Of a stretch of 64,000 nt of DNA, positions 36,141-47,200 are shown piece after piece. This stretch comes from Macrostomum lignano (Eukaryota). The notes under the pieces were generated by a model. It was not told the origin of the DNA. It searched no databases and was given only the letters and a program-made list of their open reading frames with translations. Every line of letters begins with the position of its first letter. Position 1 is the stretch's first letter. The stretch is from contig NIVC01002394.1 of NCBI GenBank assembly GCA_002269645.1, forward strand, positions 114,523 through 178,522, in the 5' to 3' direction. Made by a program: the position numbers and the translations under genes.

Positions 36141-37960
36141 TAACATCTAATCTGGGTTGTAGATCAACTGTCTTACATCTAATCTGGGTTTTAGATCAAC
36201 TGTCTAACATAACATCTAATCTGGGTTGTAGATCAACTGTCTGACATCTAATATGGGTTGTAGATCAACTGTCTAACATCTAATCTGGGTTTTAGATCAA
36301 CTGTCTAACATAACATCTAATCTGGGTTGTAGATCAACTGTCTAACATCTAATCTGGGTTGTAGATCAAGTGTCTGACATCTAATCTGGGTTTTAGATCA
36401 ACTGACTAACATCTAATCTGGGTTTTAGATCAACTGTCTAACATAACATCTAATCTGGGTTGTAGATCAACTGTCAGGCGTCTAAACTGGGTTGTAGATC
36501 AACTGTCTAACATAACATCTAATCTGGGTTGTAGATCAACTGTCTGACATCTTAACTGGGTTGTAGATCAACTGTCTGACATCTAAACTGGGTTTTAGAT
36601 CAAGTGTCTGACATCTAATCTAGGTTTTAGATCAACTGTCTGACATCTAATCTGGGTTGTAGATCAACTGTCTGACATCTAAACTGGGTTGTAGATAAAC
36701 TGTCTGACATCTAAACTGGGTTGTAGATCAACTGTCTGACATCTAAACTGGGTTGTAGATCAACTGTCTGACATCTAAACTGGGTTGTAGATCAACTGTC
36801 AGGCGTCTAAACTGGGTTGTAGATCAACTGTCTAACATCTAATCTGGGTTTTAGATCAACTGTCTAACATCTAATCTGGGTTGTAGATCAAGTGTCTGAC
36901 ATCTAATCTGGGTTTTAGATCAACTGACTAACATCTAATCTGGGTTTTAGATCAACTGTCTAACATAACATCTAAACTGGGTTGTAGATCAACTGTCTAA
37001 CATAACATCTAATCTGGGTTGTAGATCAACTGTCTTACATCTAATCTGGGTTTTAGATCAACTGTCTAACATAACATCTAATCTGGGTTGTAGATCAACT
37101 GTCTGACATCTAATCTGGGTTGTAGATCAACTGTCTAACATCTAATCTGGGTTTTAGATCAACTGTCTAACATAACATCTAATCTGGGTTGTAGATCAAC
37201 TGTCTAACATCTAATCTGGGTTGTAGATCAAGTGTCTGACATCTAATCTGGGTTTTAGATCAACTGACTAACATCTAATCTGGGTTTTAGATCAACTGTC
37301 TAACATAACATCTAATCTGGGTTGTAGATCAACTGTCAGGCGTCTAAACTGGGTTGTAGATCAACTGTCTAACATAACATCTAATCTGGGTTGTAGATCA
37401 ACTGTCTGACATCTTAACTGGGTTGTAGATCAACTGTCTGACATCTAAACTGGGTTTTAGATCAAGTGTCTGACATCTAATCTGGGTTTTAGATCAACTG
37501 TCTGACATCTAATCTGGGTTGTAGATCAACTGTCTGACATCTAAACTGGGTTGTAGATAAACTGTCTGACATCTAAACTGGGTTGTAGATCAACTGTCTG
37601 ACATCTAAACTGGGTTGTAGATCAACTGTCTGACATCTAAACTGGGTTGTAGATCAACTGTCAGGCGTCTAAACTGGGTTGTAGATCAACTGTCTAACAT
37701 CTAATCTGGGTTTTAGATCAACTGTCTAACATCTAATCTGGGTTGTAGATCAAGTGTCTGACATCTAATCTGGGTTTTAGATCAACTGACTAACATCTAA
37801 TCTGGGTTTTAGATCAACTGTCTAACATAACATCTAAACTGGGTTGTAGATCAACTGTCTAACATAACATCTAATCTGGGTTGTAGATCAACTGTCTGAC
37901 ATCTAAACTGGGTTGTAGATCAACTGTCTGACATCTAAACTGGGTTGTAGATCAACTGTC
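36100..37960. repeat. 32-bp satellite, ~1.85 kb, with a ~861-bp higher-order duplication
   Basis: Unit CAACTGTCTAACATCTAATCTGGGTTGTAGAT. The variant GTCAGGCGTC occurs near 36474/37336 and 36799/37659. Confidence 0.95.
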
Positions 37961-38059
37961 AGACCGAATAGTCGAGAGCAATACTTTTTAAGTCTTTCAG
38001 AGCTGACATGCAGTCAGCGGGGCGGTGCATCACCATTATCGGCAGCGCTGTGCCGCAGG

Positions 38060-40124
38060 TCAGCAGCGGCATGCGCAGGTCTGCAAGACGCTGACGCTCT
38101 GCTTCACCCAGCGGCACTGGGAACGGCGCCAGCGCTTCGGGCACAGGTAGCGCAGCACCTGCAGCTGCCGGTGCCTCTCGGGCCTGCAGCGCATCCCCGG
38201 TGGAACGGAGCAGCTGCCGCCGTACTCGGAGCCGGCGCATTCGCCAGCGCGAAGCCAGCGCGGCCAGAATGCTTTGCCGAGGTCGCGCCACCACAGCCGC
38301 ACGGGGCAGGCCGAGTACGCCCACAGGAATTTGCGCAGCTGGCGTTTCTGCTGGCGTTGAAGGAAGCGAAGCCGGAGGTGCCGGCCGTAGGGCAGGCGGA
38401 CGGATCGGCGAGGCAGCAGCTGGCCGAGGCGGGGCAGCCGGCCGGGCATGCGCGGGTAGTCCAGCTCTTCGGTGTCCTCGGGCGCGTCAACACGCATGTA
38501 GCTGGGCTGGTAGTTGTAGAAGCCTGGATTGGAGGATCGCGGTGCGTGGACTGCTGTTGAGTTCTGTCATGGACAACTTACGATTGGATGTCCGGAACTC
38601 TTTTTATTTCCAGAGCGAAAACAACTTTGGCGTCAACCAATGTACTTGTAAAAGCGATGGTTTGTCTTTATAACAGGCTTGTACAAAACGTTATGTGAAA
38701 CGATAAACAGTAAAAACACAAAACTTCACACACTTACTCGTATTCTTCAGGAGGAGTCCAGGTCTTCCTTCCCATTTCAAATGGCTATTGTCTATTGTCT
38801 CATAAAAGGGGCATGTCAGGATCTTTAAAATCCATAAGATCCAGAGTAGCTACTTTAGAAGGTTAACTAAAAAGCAGCTAAAATTCTTTGCTACACTACT
38901 CACAAAAGACAAACCCGTATAGTAGTGCTAAACGAATGCTGCTGTATAAAAATTGGGTGGCACTGGAGAAAATGTCTATGGCATGAAACAGGTTTTGAAG
39001 CGAATGCCAAAGTTAAAAGCAGCGCAAGCAACCTGCAGAGGGTTGAAGATATCACAGGCAGAAGTTCGTGGCCAGCTGTTTTCTTTCGAACAAAAAGTAA
39101 ATGGTGGGACATTTTTCAACAAAAAGCGACTCGCGGAAAGCCCCGATTGCACCTGACTGACTTTGCGCAGCCAGTCGGAGTCTCAGCACCGCACTGCACC
39201 ACTGTTGCTGAGGGGGCGGTGCTCCTGTTTTGAAAGCGACCCTGCGTCAACAGGCCAGGAGGCGATGCTATTAGTGGCCCACCAGAAGCATTCCAGCAGC
39301 GCAACTGGCGCGCATGTGAACTGTTCATGAGAGCCGTGCTTCATTTTTTCTCCCGCTAGGTCCACGCCGCATTTGCGGCCCTCGAGTGCCACCCTCGGGC
39401 TTGAACGCTTTTCTTTGAAAGGGTCACCTATTGGCAGTTTAAACCTCACTTCTTGCTCAGTCACCTAACACAGCATCACTGATCAGGCACTGACACAGCA
39501 TCACTGATTAGGGATCAGGCACCTGACACAGCACCACTGATGAGGCACCTGACACAGCATCACTGATCAGACACCTGACACAGCATCACTGATCAGGCAC
39601 TGACACAGCATCACCGATTAGGGATCAGGCACCTGACACAGCATCACTGATCAGAGGATTAAGCACTGACACAGAATCACTGATCAGGCACCTGACACAG
39701 CATCACTGATCAGACACCTAACACAGCATCACTGATCAGGCACTGACACAGCATCACTGATTAGGGATCAGGCACCTGACACAGCATCACTGATCAGGCA
39801 CTCACCCAGCATCTCAAGCATCTGGCCTGGCCGCAGCAGCACTTCAGCGCGGTCAAACTCTTGCTCGTCAACAAGCGACGGCGAGGGCGGAGGCGGCCGC
39901 AGCACCCCGGACTCCCTCAGCGGATCGTAGCGAGTCGCCTGGTTGCTCCGCAGGCGGTGCCACATGGTTTCAGCCAGGCTGCGACTGTCGTTGACTGCCG
40001 GGCTGATCGCTGAGCCATCGCTGACCGCGGAAGGCGAACCAGCGGCCGCGGCAGCTTCGGCCACAAATGCTACTAGTAGCAGCAGCAGAAACGGCGACAA
40101 AGCTCGGGGCACAAACTGGGCCAT
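38060..40124 (-). CDS. NOG: Noggin (BMP antagonist), 2 exons, 260 aa
   Basis: Exon 40124-39806 has a signal peptide and LRPPPPSPSL clip-like region. Exon 38523-38060 gives LG|FYNYQPSYM..FLWAYSACPV.WWRDLG..FWPRWLRAGEC..CSVPPGMRCRP..LRYLC..C.WV..VLQTCACRC*. Nine cysteines; phase-1 junction is consistent. Confidence 0.93.
39466..39803. repeat. ~26-bp tandem repeat starting at the noggin donor site
   Basis: Plus-strand unit CTGACACAGCATCACTGATCAGGCAC. Confidence 0.9.
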
Positions 40125-40455
40125 ATTGGCTTGAAAATTTCTGCGATCAACTCTGCTTCAACTTGAATTCGCTTCAATATCGTCCTTGTCTAAAAGTTGC
40201 AGCACTCGGGGATGGGCCGAGGCTAGAACCCGCTTGGAATGGCTCTGGCCACAGCGGGCCAATCAGGGCCTGTGGAGGCGATGAATCTGCCTTGGCCCAA
40301 GAGCTCCATAGCACAGCTGCCAACCAAGAGAAGGCGTTTGGTCAGAGCCCGAGTGACGCGACATCCCCCCTCTCACCTCCCATTATAACCGGTGCTATTA
40401 ATTGGTGTCGGCAATTAACAGCACCTGCTGCGTCGTAGAAGCGCGCTCGCCTTAC

Positions 40456-40463
40456 TATATATA
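40456..40463 (-). promoter_or_regulatory. Candidate TATA box of noggin
   Basis: TATATATA ~330 nt upstream of the ATG. Confidence 0.35.
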
Positions 40464-41397
40464 TGCATTTATAAGGAGCTGTATAAGCAGACGCCGCCAG
40501 TTCATGATGCAGCTGCCTCTTGATTTTTAGGCGACGACGGTGCGACTCTCACTCTCTCTCTCTCTCTCTATCGGTGGGACAGCCCAGCAGCTGGAAAGTG
40601 GCGCCGTGGTGGCGCAGAAGAGGTGTGAAAAGCGATAGAGTGGTTCTGTGTGTGTGCCCAACGGCGACGAGACGTCTAGGCGTCTAACCAGTCATCAACA
40701 CTTCCTTCCCCTCCTGCACCCATACACTCACTCTCCCTCCGCCTCGGCCTTGTGGCGGCGCGCGCTCCGCCCCGTTCCTCCCGCATAGCCCTGCTGTAGC
40801 CTAAGAGAAGGCGGCGGCGGCACATTCCTTTGTACCGCGGCGACACAAGGCCTGGCACGCGTCCTCCTCTCCCGTGCGTATAACGCAACCGATTTGAGGA
40901 GCGGCAACCACTCCGCACACTCTTGAAAACCAGATCCCACTCTCTTCATCAGACGGCCGACGCTTTTGAGAACGGAGAGAAAGCAATTTAAACTGCCAGC
41001 GGGAAACATGATTTATCACACCGGCTGGAAGCAAAACTTACCAAAAGATGCACCTGTTCAGGAATTGTCTCTTCGCAGAAAGAAAAAGGAAGCTTTTACC
41101 TGCAAGCTATAAATGACACAATTTGACTAATTGGTAGCATTTCGCTTGGAACAGCCTTGTGAAATATGAATGAATGGTTAGGACCGCGTAGCCAGGAGGG
41201 GGCATAGACCACCCAGAGGGGCCAATGCTTTGTCAGAACCCAGCGACCCAACCTTTTTTGTCGAAAAGTTAGAAAAAAGAGGCTATCAAATAACCAATTG
41301 AACGATAAAAGAGGATCTTAGATGATATTGCCATAGAATCAAAGTACGCCCCTAACTACATGCACAACACACCGCTACGGGGCACCAGCATACTTAG

Positions 41398-42045
41398 AAC
41401 CCAGTCAGTGAAATCCCAATCAGTGAAATCCCAGTCAGTGAAATCCCAATCAGTGAGATCCCAGTCAGTGAAATCCCAGTCAGTGAGATCCCAGTCAGTG
41501 AAATCCCAGACAGTGAAATCCCAATCAGTGAGATCCCAATCAGTGAAATCCCAATCAGTGAAATCCCAGTCAGTGAAATCCCAATCAGTGAGATCCCAGT
41601 CAGTGAAATCCCAGACAGTGAAATCCCAATCAGTGAAATCCCAGTCGGTGAAATCCCAATCAGTGAGATCCCAGTCAGGGAAATCCCAATCAGTGAGATC
41701 ACAGTCAGGGAAATCCCAATCAGTGAAATCCCAGTCGGTGAAATCCCAATCAGTGAGATCCCAGTCAGTGAAATCCCAGACAGTGAAATCCCAATCAGTG
41801 AAATCCCAGTCGGTGAAATCCCAATCAGTGAGATCCCAGTCAGGGAAATCCCAATCAGTGAGATCACAGTCAGGGAAATCCCAATCAGTGAAATCCCAGT
41901 CGGTGAAATCCCAATCAGTGAGATCCCAGTCAGGGAAATCCCAATCAGTGAGATCACAGTCAGTGAAATCCCAATCAGTGAGATCCCAGTCAGTGAAATC
42001 CCAGGCAGTGAAATCCCAGTCAGTGAAATCCCAATCAGTGAAATC
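41398..42045. repeat. 15-bp tandem repeat (CAGTGAAATCCCAAT/AGT)
   Basis: Direct reading. Confidence 0.95.
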
Positions 42046-42059
42046 CAGTGAGCCAGTAC

Positions 42060-42330
42060 AGGCAGACAGACAGACATTCAGACAAACAGACGGACAGGCT
42101 GACAGACAGACAGACAGACAGACAGACCGACAGCCAGAGACAGACAGACTCACACAGGATGTACAGTGGCCTTGACTCTGTCACCATCAGACGTGAGCAC
42201 ACGCTGTGCCTTGGCGGTTGGTTCTCAGTCAATTTTCACGCACAAGCCCCAAATGAATGCGGCGCACAGAATCGAACCCAGGCCGGGTACCCTGATTCAA
42301 GAGTCGAGACTCGTGAATCGATGAGCTGAG
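42060..42330 (-). mobile_element. tRNA-derived SINE-like repeat, copy 2, with a (TCTG)n 3' tail
   Basis: B-box GGTTCGATTC (42278-42269) preceded by a tRNA-like GACTCTTGAATC arm. Similar to 5075-5290. Ends in a CAGA microsatellite at 42060-42150. Confidence 0.6.
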
Positions 42331-43569
42331 ACTAATGAACAATGATCGAGTTTGGCATGGCATCAGATCTGCTGCTTTCACAGCTAAAGACGCACACTGA
42401 TCTGATCTAATCAGATTGCTAACCAGTCAACGTCAGGACTTTAGAGTAAATGACAGTGAAATCTGTCAGAAGCAATTATGAGCTTTATGTAATATAGAAT
42501 TCGAGGGAATCAAAATATCCTATGCAGTTTTGACTCGTAAAAATAGTCAAGCAAAATACAATGCGTGTCTTTATTGATCTATTCTGAGCAGTAATTATTG
42601 AAATCTTCAGCCGGTGCCCAGCACAAATAGTTGATAAAATATATGTACACAGGGAGCTGTGAGAAGCAGGTGCTAGTACCGTGGCTATATTGGAGCGAAT
42701 CGCCCTAAGCAACATATTTAACTATAAAATAAATAGGTTGGCCGCCACCAAATAAGACAGGTGCGTATATTCTATGTATAGATCCGCTCTATATCAGGCA
42801 TGAAGTGTTACAAGGAGCAGAAAGTTGAAATAAACATTTCTGTAGAAATCTGCAGCGATTAAGGGTGAGGTGAGATGTGGGAGATTTCGGGCGTGATTAG
42901 GGTCAGATTTTAGAGTTGGCGACGTGAGATTGAGGGTGAGATATTGGAGTACGGGTGTGAGATTTAGGGTGCAATAAGGGGTGAGATTTTAGAGTTGAGG
43001 GTGAGATATGGGGCGAGATGTTGAAGTTGGGGGTAAGTTTGAGGGTGAGATATGATATGAGGTGAGATATGGAGCAAAATGCTGGAGTTGGGGAGTGAGA
43101 TTGGGGTTAAGATATGGGTTGAGATTGGGGGTAAGATAGAAGGGAACTAAAAACAAAAACCTCCATTATACGCTATACATCATATTTTGTTTCCCTAATC
43201 CAAAAAAGCAATTTAAAGCAAGAATCCGCAGCAGCAGGGAAGCGAACAAGCGCACAAATAAAACGGAATTTCGAAAATGCGCAATTTACAAATAGCAGCA
43301 ATGCTATTCGGGCGTAATAATTATAATTAATGATAAGAACTACGGATGAGCCAACAAACGCTGCAATAGATCTATATTATACGGTTAGTTCATAGAATTT
43401 ACGCATCCGTTTTTTGGGTTCAGAGATATTTTTATGTATCGCGTCTAAACTTGTTAAAAACATGCTGACAGAACATGCTTTTGAATTCTTTGGAATGCAC
43501 GATTATATAAAAGACTTTGTTCTACTGACTAGTACTATGTTCGGGTCATGAATGCAACCATATATGCGC

Positions 43570-43587
43570 GAAATGAAAATGGAGAGT

Positions 43588-43677
<90 letters not shown>
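43570..43677. repeat. (GA)n microsatellite
   Basis: Pure run. Confidence 0.97.
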
Positions 43678-43680
<3 letters not shown>

Positions 43681-43919
43681 CGATACAGGTTCAAAGCACG
43701 TTTATTAAGAGAAAGACTGCAAAACAACAAAGGAGAATAAACTGTTCCTTGACCAGCCACAGTGAACAGTAGAACAATTAACCGATTATTATTGAAAGAT
43801 TGGAATAAGTTAGAAAGGTTGAACGTGGAGTTTTTCTGAGAGAAATAGGGGGTCAGAGAGGAACAGAGGGATCGAAAATTAGAGAATTTGATGGGACTAT
43901 CAGAGAAGAGATTACAGAG

Positions 43920-44165
43920 AGGATTAGAGGGGATCAGAGAACGGATAAGAGAGGAGTCAGTGAGGGGATCAGAGAACGGATAAGAGAGGAGTCAGTGAGG
44001 GGATCAGAGAACGGATAAGAGAGGAGTCAGTGAGGGGATCAGAGAACGGATAAGAGAGGAGTCAGTGAGGGGATCAGAGAACGGATAAGAGGAGTCAGTG
44101 AGGGGATCAGAGAATGGATAAGAGAGGAGTCAGTGAGGGGATCAGAGAACGGATAAGAGTCAGAG
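43920..44165. repeat. 35-bp tandem repeat just past the MFSD13A stop
   Basis: Unit AGAGAACGGATAAGAGAGGAGTCAGTGAGGGGATC. Confidence 0.9.
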
Positions 44166-44200
44166 AGGAAATCAGCACAACCAGGAAAGACCGCCAAGGC

Positions 44201-47200
44201 TCAGTGACAGCCAAGCAAAGTGTCTGGATCAGCAGCAGCAGCAGCAGGCGCCAACGGAGGGGCTCTCCAACGCCGGAAGCAGAGCCAGAGCGCCAGCTCG
44301 CACAGCCCAGTGATCAGAGGGATGGCACCAGCCAGGCCCAGTACAACTGAGCGGCCGCTGGGACCGACTCTGGCAGACTGGCCGGGGGCAGTTCCGCTGC
44401 CAATGTAGGGCGCCAGAAGGTGCACAGTGAGCATAGATTGCAGATTGAATGCCTTGGAGGCCAGGATGAGGTACAGGGAGGCGATCAGCGCGCTCATCGG
44501 CCGGTCGCGGCTCCAGCGACGTCGGTCGCGATCGGCCACTTCAACAACGGCCAGGGACTGCGAGGTGGGTTTACCGCAGTGGCGAGTTTACAGACTGCCT
44601 GTCTCCGCTTTAGTTCACAGCTAGTTCCGCCTTGGTTTACAGCTAGTTCCGCTTTCCTTGGTTTACAGCTAGTTCCGCTTTAGTTTACAGCTAGTTCCGC
44701 CTTGGTTTACAGCTAGTTCCGCTTTAGTTTACAGCTAGTTCCGCTTTGGTTTACAGCTAGTTCCGCTTTCCTTGGTTTACAGCTAGTTCCGCTTTAGTTT
44801 ACAGCTAGTTCCGCCTTGGTTTACAGCTAGTTCCGCTTTAGTTTACAGCTAGCTTCGCTTTAGTTTACAGCCAGTTCCGCCTTGGTTTACAGCTAGCTTC
44901 ACTTTGGTTTACAGCTACCTCCGATTTAGTTTACAGCTAGCCCCGTTTTAGTTTACAGCCAGCTCCGCTTTAGTTTACAGCTAGTTCCGCCTTGGTTTAC
45001 AGCTAGTTCCGCCTTGGTTTACAGCTAGTTCCGCTTTAGTTTACAGCTAGTTCCGCTTTAGTTTACAGCTAGCTTCACTTTAGTTTACAGCTAGTTCCGA
45101 TTTAGTTTACAGCTAGTTCCGCTTTAGTTTACAGCTAGCTCCGCCCTGGTTTGCAGCTAGTTCCGATTCAGTTTACAGCTAGCTTCACTTTAGTTTACAG
45201 CTAGTTCCGATTTAGTTTTCAGCTAGCTCCGCTATAGTTTACAGACAGCTCCGCTATAGTTTACAGCCAGCTCCGCTATAGTTTACAGCCAGCTCCGCTT
45301 TAGTTTACAGCTAGCTTCACTTTGGTTTACAGCTACCTCCGCTTTAGTTTACAGCTAGCTCCGCTTTAGTTTACAGCTAGCTTCACTTTAGTTTACAGCT
45401 AGCTCCGCTTTAGTTTACAGCCAGCTCCGCTTTAGTTTACAGCTAGCTTCACTTTGGTTTACAGCTAGTTCCGCTTCAGTTTACAGCCAGTTCCGCTTCA
45501 GTTTACAGCCAGTTCCGCTTCAGTTTACAGCCAGCTGCATCTGCCATGGTAAACAGTCTCACCTGCAAGTTGCAATTCAGTCCAACAATAGCGCCATCCA
45601 ATAACAGATAGGCCAGCTGCTGCCATAGGGCCAGTTCTGGCCCGGCCAGGTAGAACAGGCCGCCAGTAGTAACGGTGAGGCCCGCTGCCAGCAGAGCGGC
45701 ATCGGCTAGGGGCGCCCTGGCCAGGCAAGTATAGCAGAACATGAATAGCAGCGCTGGCAACAGCTGTGAGGCCAAATAGAACAGCGACTTGGCGCCGGCG
45801 CCCATAGCGGCGCCAGGGCCGGGCGGATCGAGCTGGTCGACCAGCATAGGCAGGAAGGCGGCGCCGAACCCCATGTGAAAATTGTGAGCGAATTTCAGCG
45901 CCAGCACGCATAGAAACAGGCGATCTGTGAATAACCGGCGAAGATTCTGCAACAGGCCCGGCTCGGCCAGGCGGATGGGTTGGCCCAGGCCGCTGGCTGC
46001 AGAACATGCGCCTCCGGGCTGCCAGACAGAGGGGTTGATGAGGGTGGGCTGCGGCTAGGATTCTGCGCGCGTGGGTGCTTGACACGCGATGGTGATGACG
46101 ATGATGATGGTGGTGATGGTGATGATGGTGGAGGGTGATGATGATGACGGTGGTGATTCAGTCAGTCAGTCAAGGCCAGTCAACTGCCTGTGAGTTCATG
46201 CGCAACGCCAACACCAACGGCCATGTTTATAATTGGGCAGAAATGTACACAGTTATATTTTTACTAGAATTAATTTCAATTACTACTATTTAGTCAGTAA
46301 TAAGTGAGAGAAAATGTGACAGGCTACTAAAGTTGATCAATGTTTCACACAATATTCAATATAGCTGATCACACAGGCCCCCCTATAAAACAGAGATTTA
46401 AATATTGAATAAATGTATGATAATTAATTCGGCAATTTAAAATTGTGCAGCACAAACTCGAGTCTCAGGTTAAAGCAACAGATTGAAGCAGACAGAGAAG
46501 GAAGCGGTCGGAGAAGCTCCAGATTAGGAAAGGAAATTGACACGAACGGAAATATGTTAATCCAGGAAATCCGGGAGAGGACGAAGTACGCCTGCGCTAC
46601 CTTAAGGAAGGGCCCGAAGAAGTTAGAGAAGCTGTCCGGGAAAGAATCCGATATCTATACGAACACCGAGCGTGGCACTGGGAAGCCAGTGAGAAGGTAG
46701 GCCTTATCATACCACTCTTTAAGAAAGGGGACAGGACCGACCTTAACAATTACCGAGGAGTGTGCCTCCTGCCGATGCTAAGTCGCATATTGGCAAGAAT
46801 CATCGCCCTAAGGTTACGGGACTGGGCAGAACGAGTCGGGGCGCTTGACGACAATCAGAATGGCTTTAGAGCCAACCGATCAACGGCAGACAGCACCCAG
46901 ATAATCATCCGTATACAAGAGGACATAACAGAATACCGCCAGGCGAAAAACGCCGTAGGAGACTGCAACCTAGAAGAAGACCAACTAGCATTTCTCCTAG
47001 ACCTCCGGAAAGCATACCCCAGAGTCAGCAAGCCGATACTTTGGGGGATACTACAGAAGTACGCCCTGCCGGAAAAAGTGATTGACAAATTGAAGGACCT
47101 TCATGAATACACAGAGTATAAAGTGAAAGGAAAGAAACAGTCCAGTGAATCGTGGTTGCCAGAAAGAGGACTACGCGAAGGATGCCCGACATCCCCAGTT

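Noticed and set aside
39183-39464. 93-aa ORF as a middle noggin exon
   Set aside because: Its phase is incompatible with the donor at 39805, and direct joining to 38523 gives a complete noggin.
42268-42330. tRNA gene
   Set aside because: B-box and an anticodon-like arm are present, but no complete cloverleaf or acceptor stem; treated as a SINE head.
45503-45562. C-terminal VRLFTMAD..RNWL of the 149-aa ORF
   Set aside because: Lies past the CAG|GTGAGA donor at 45562, so it is intronic.
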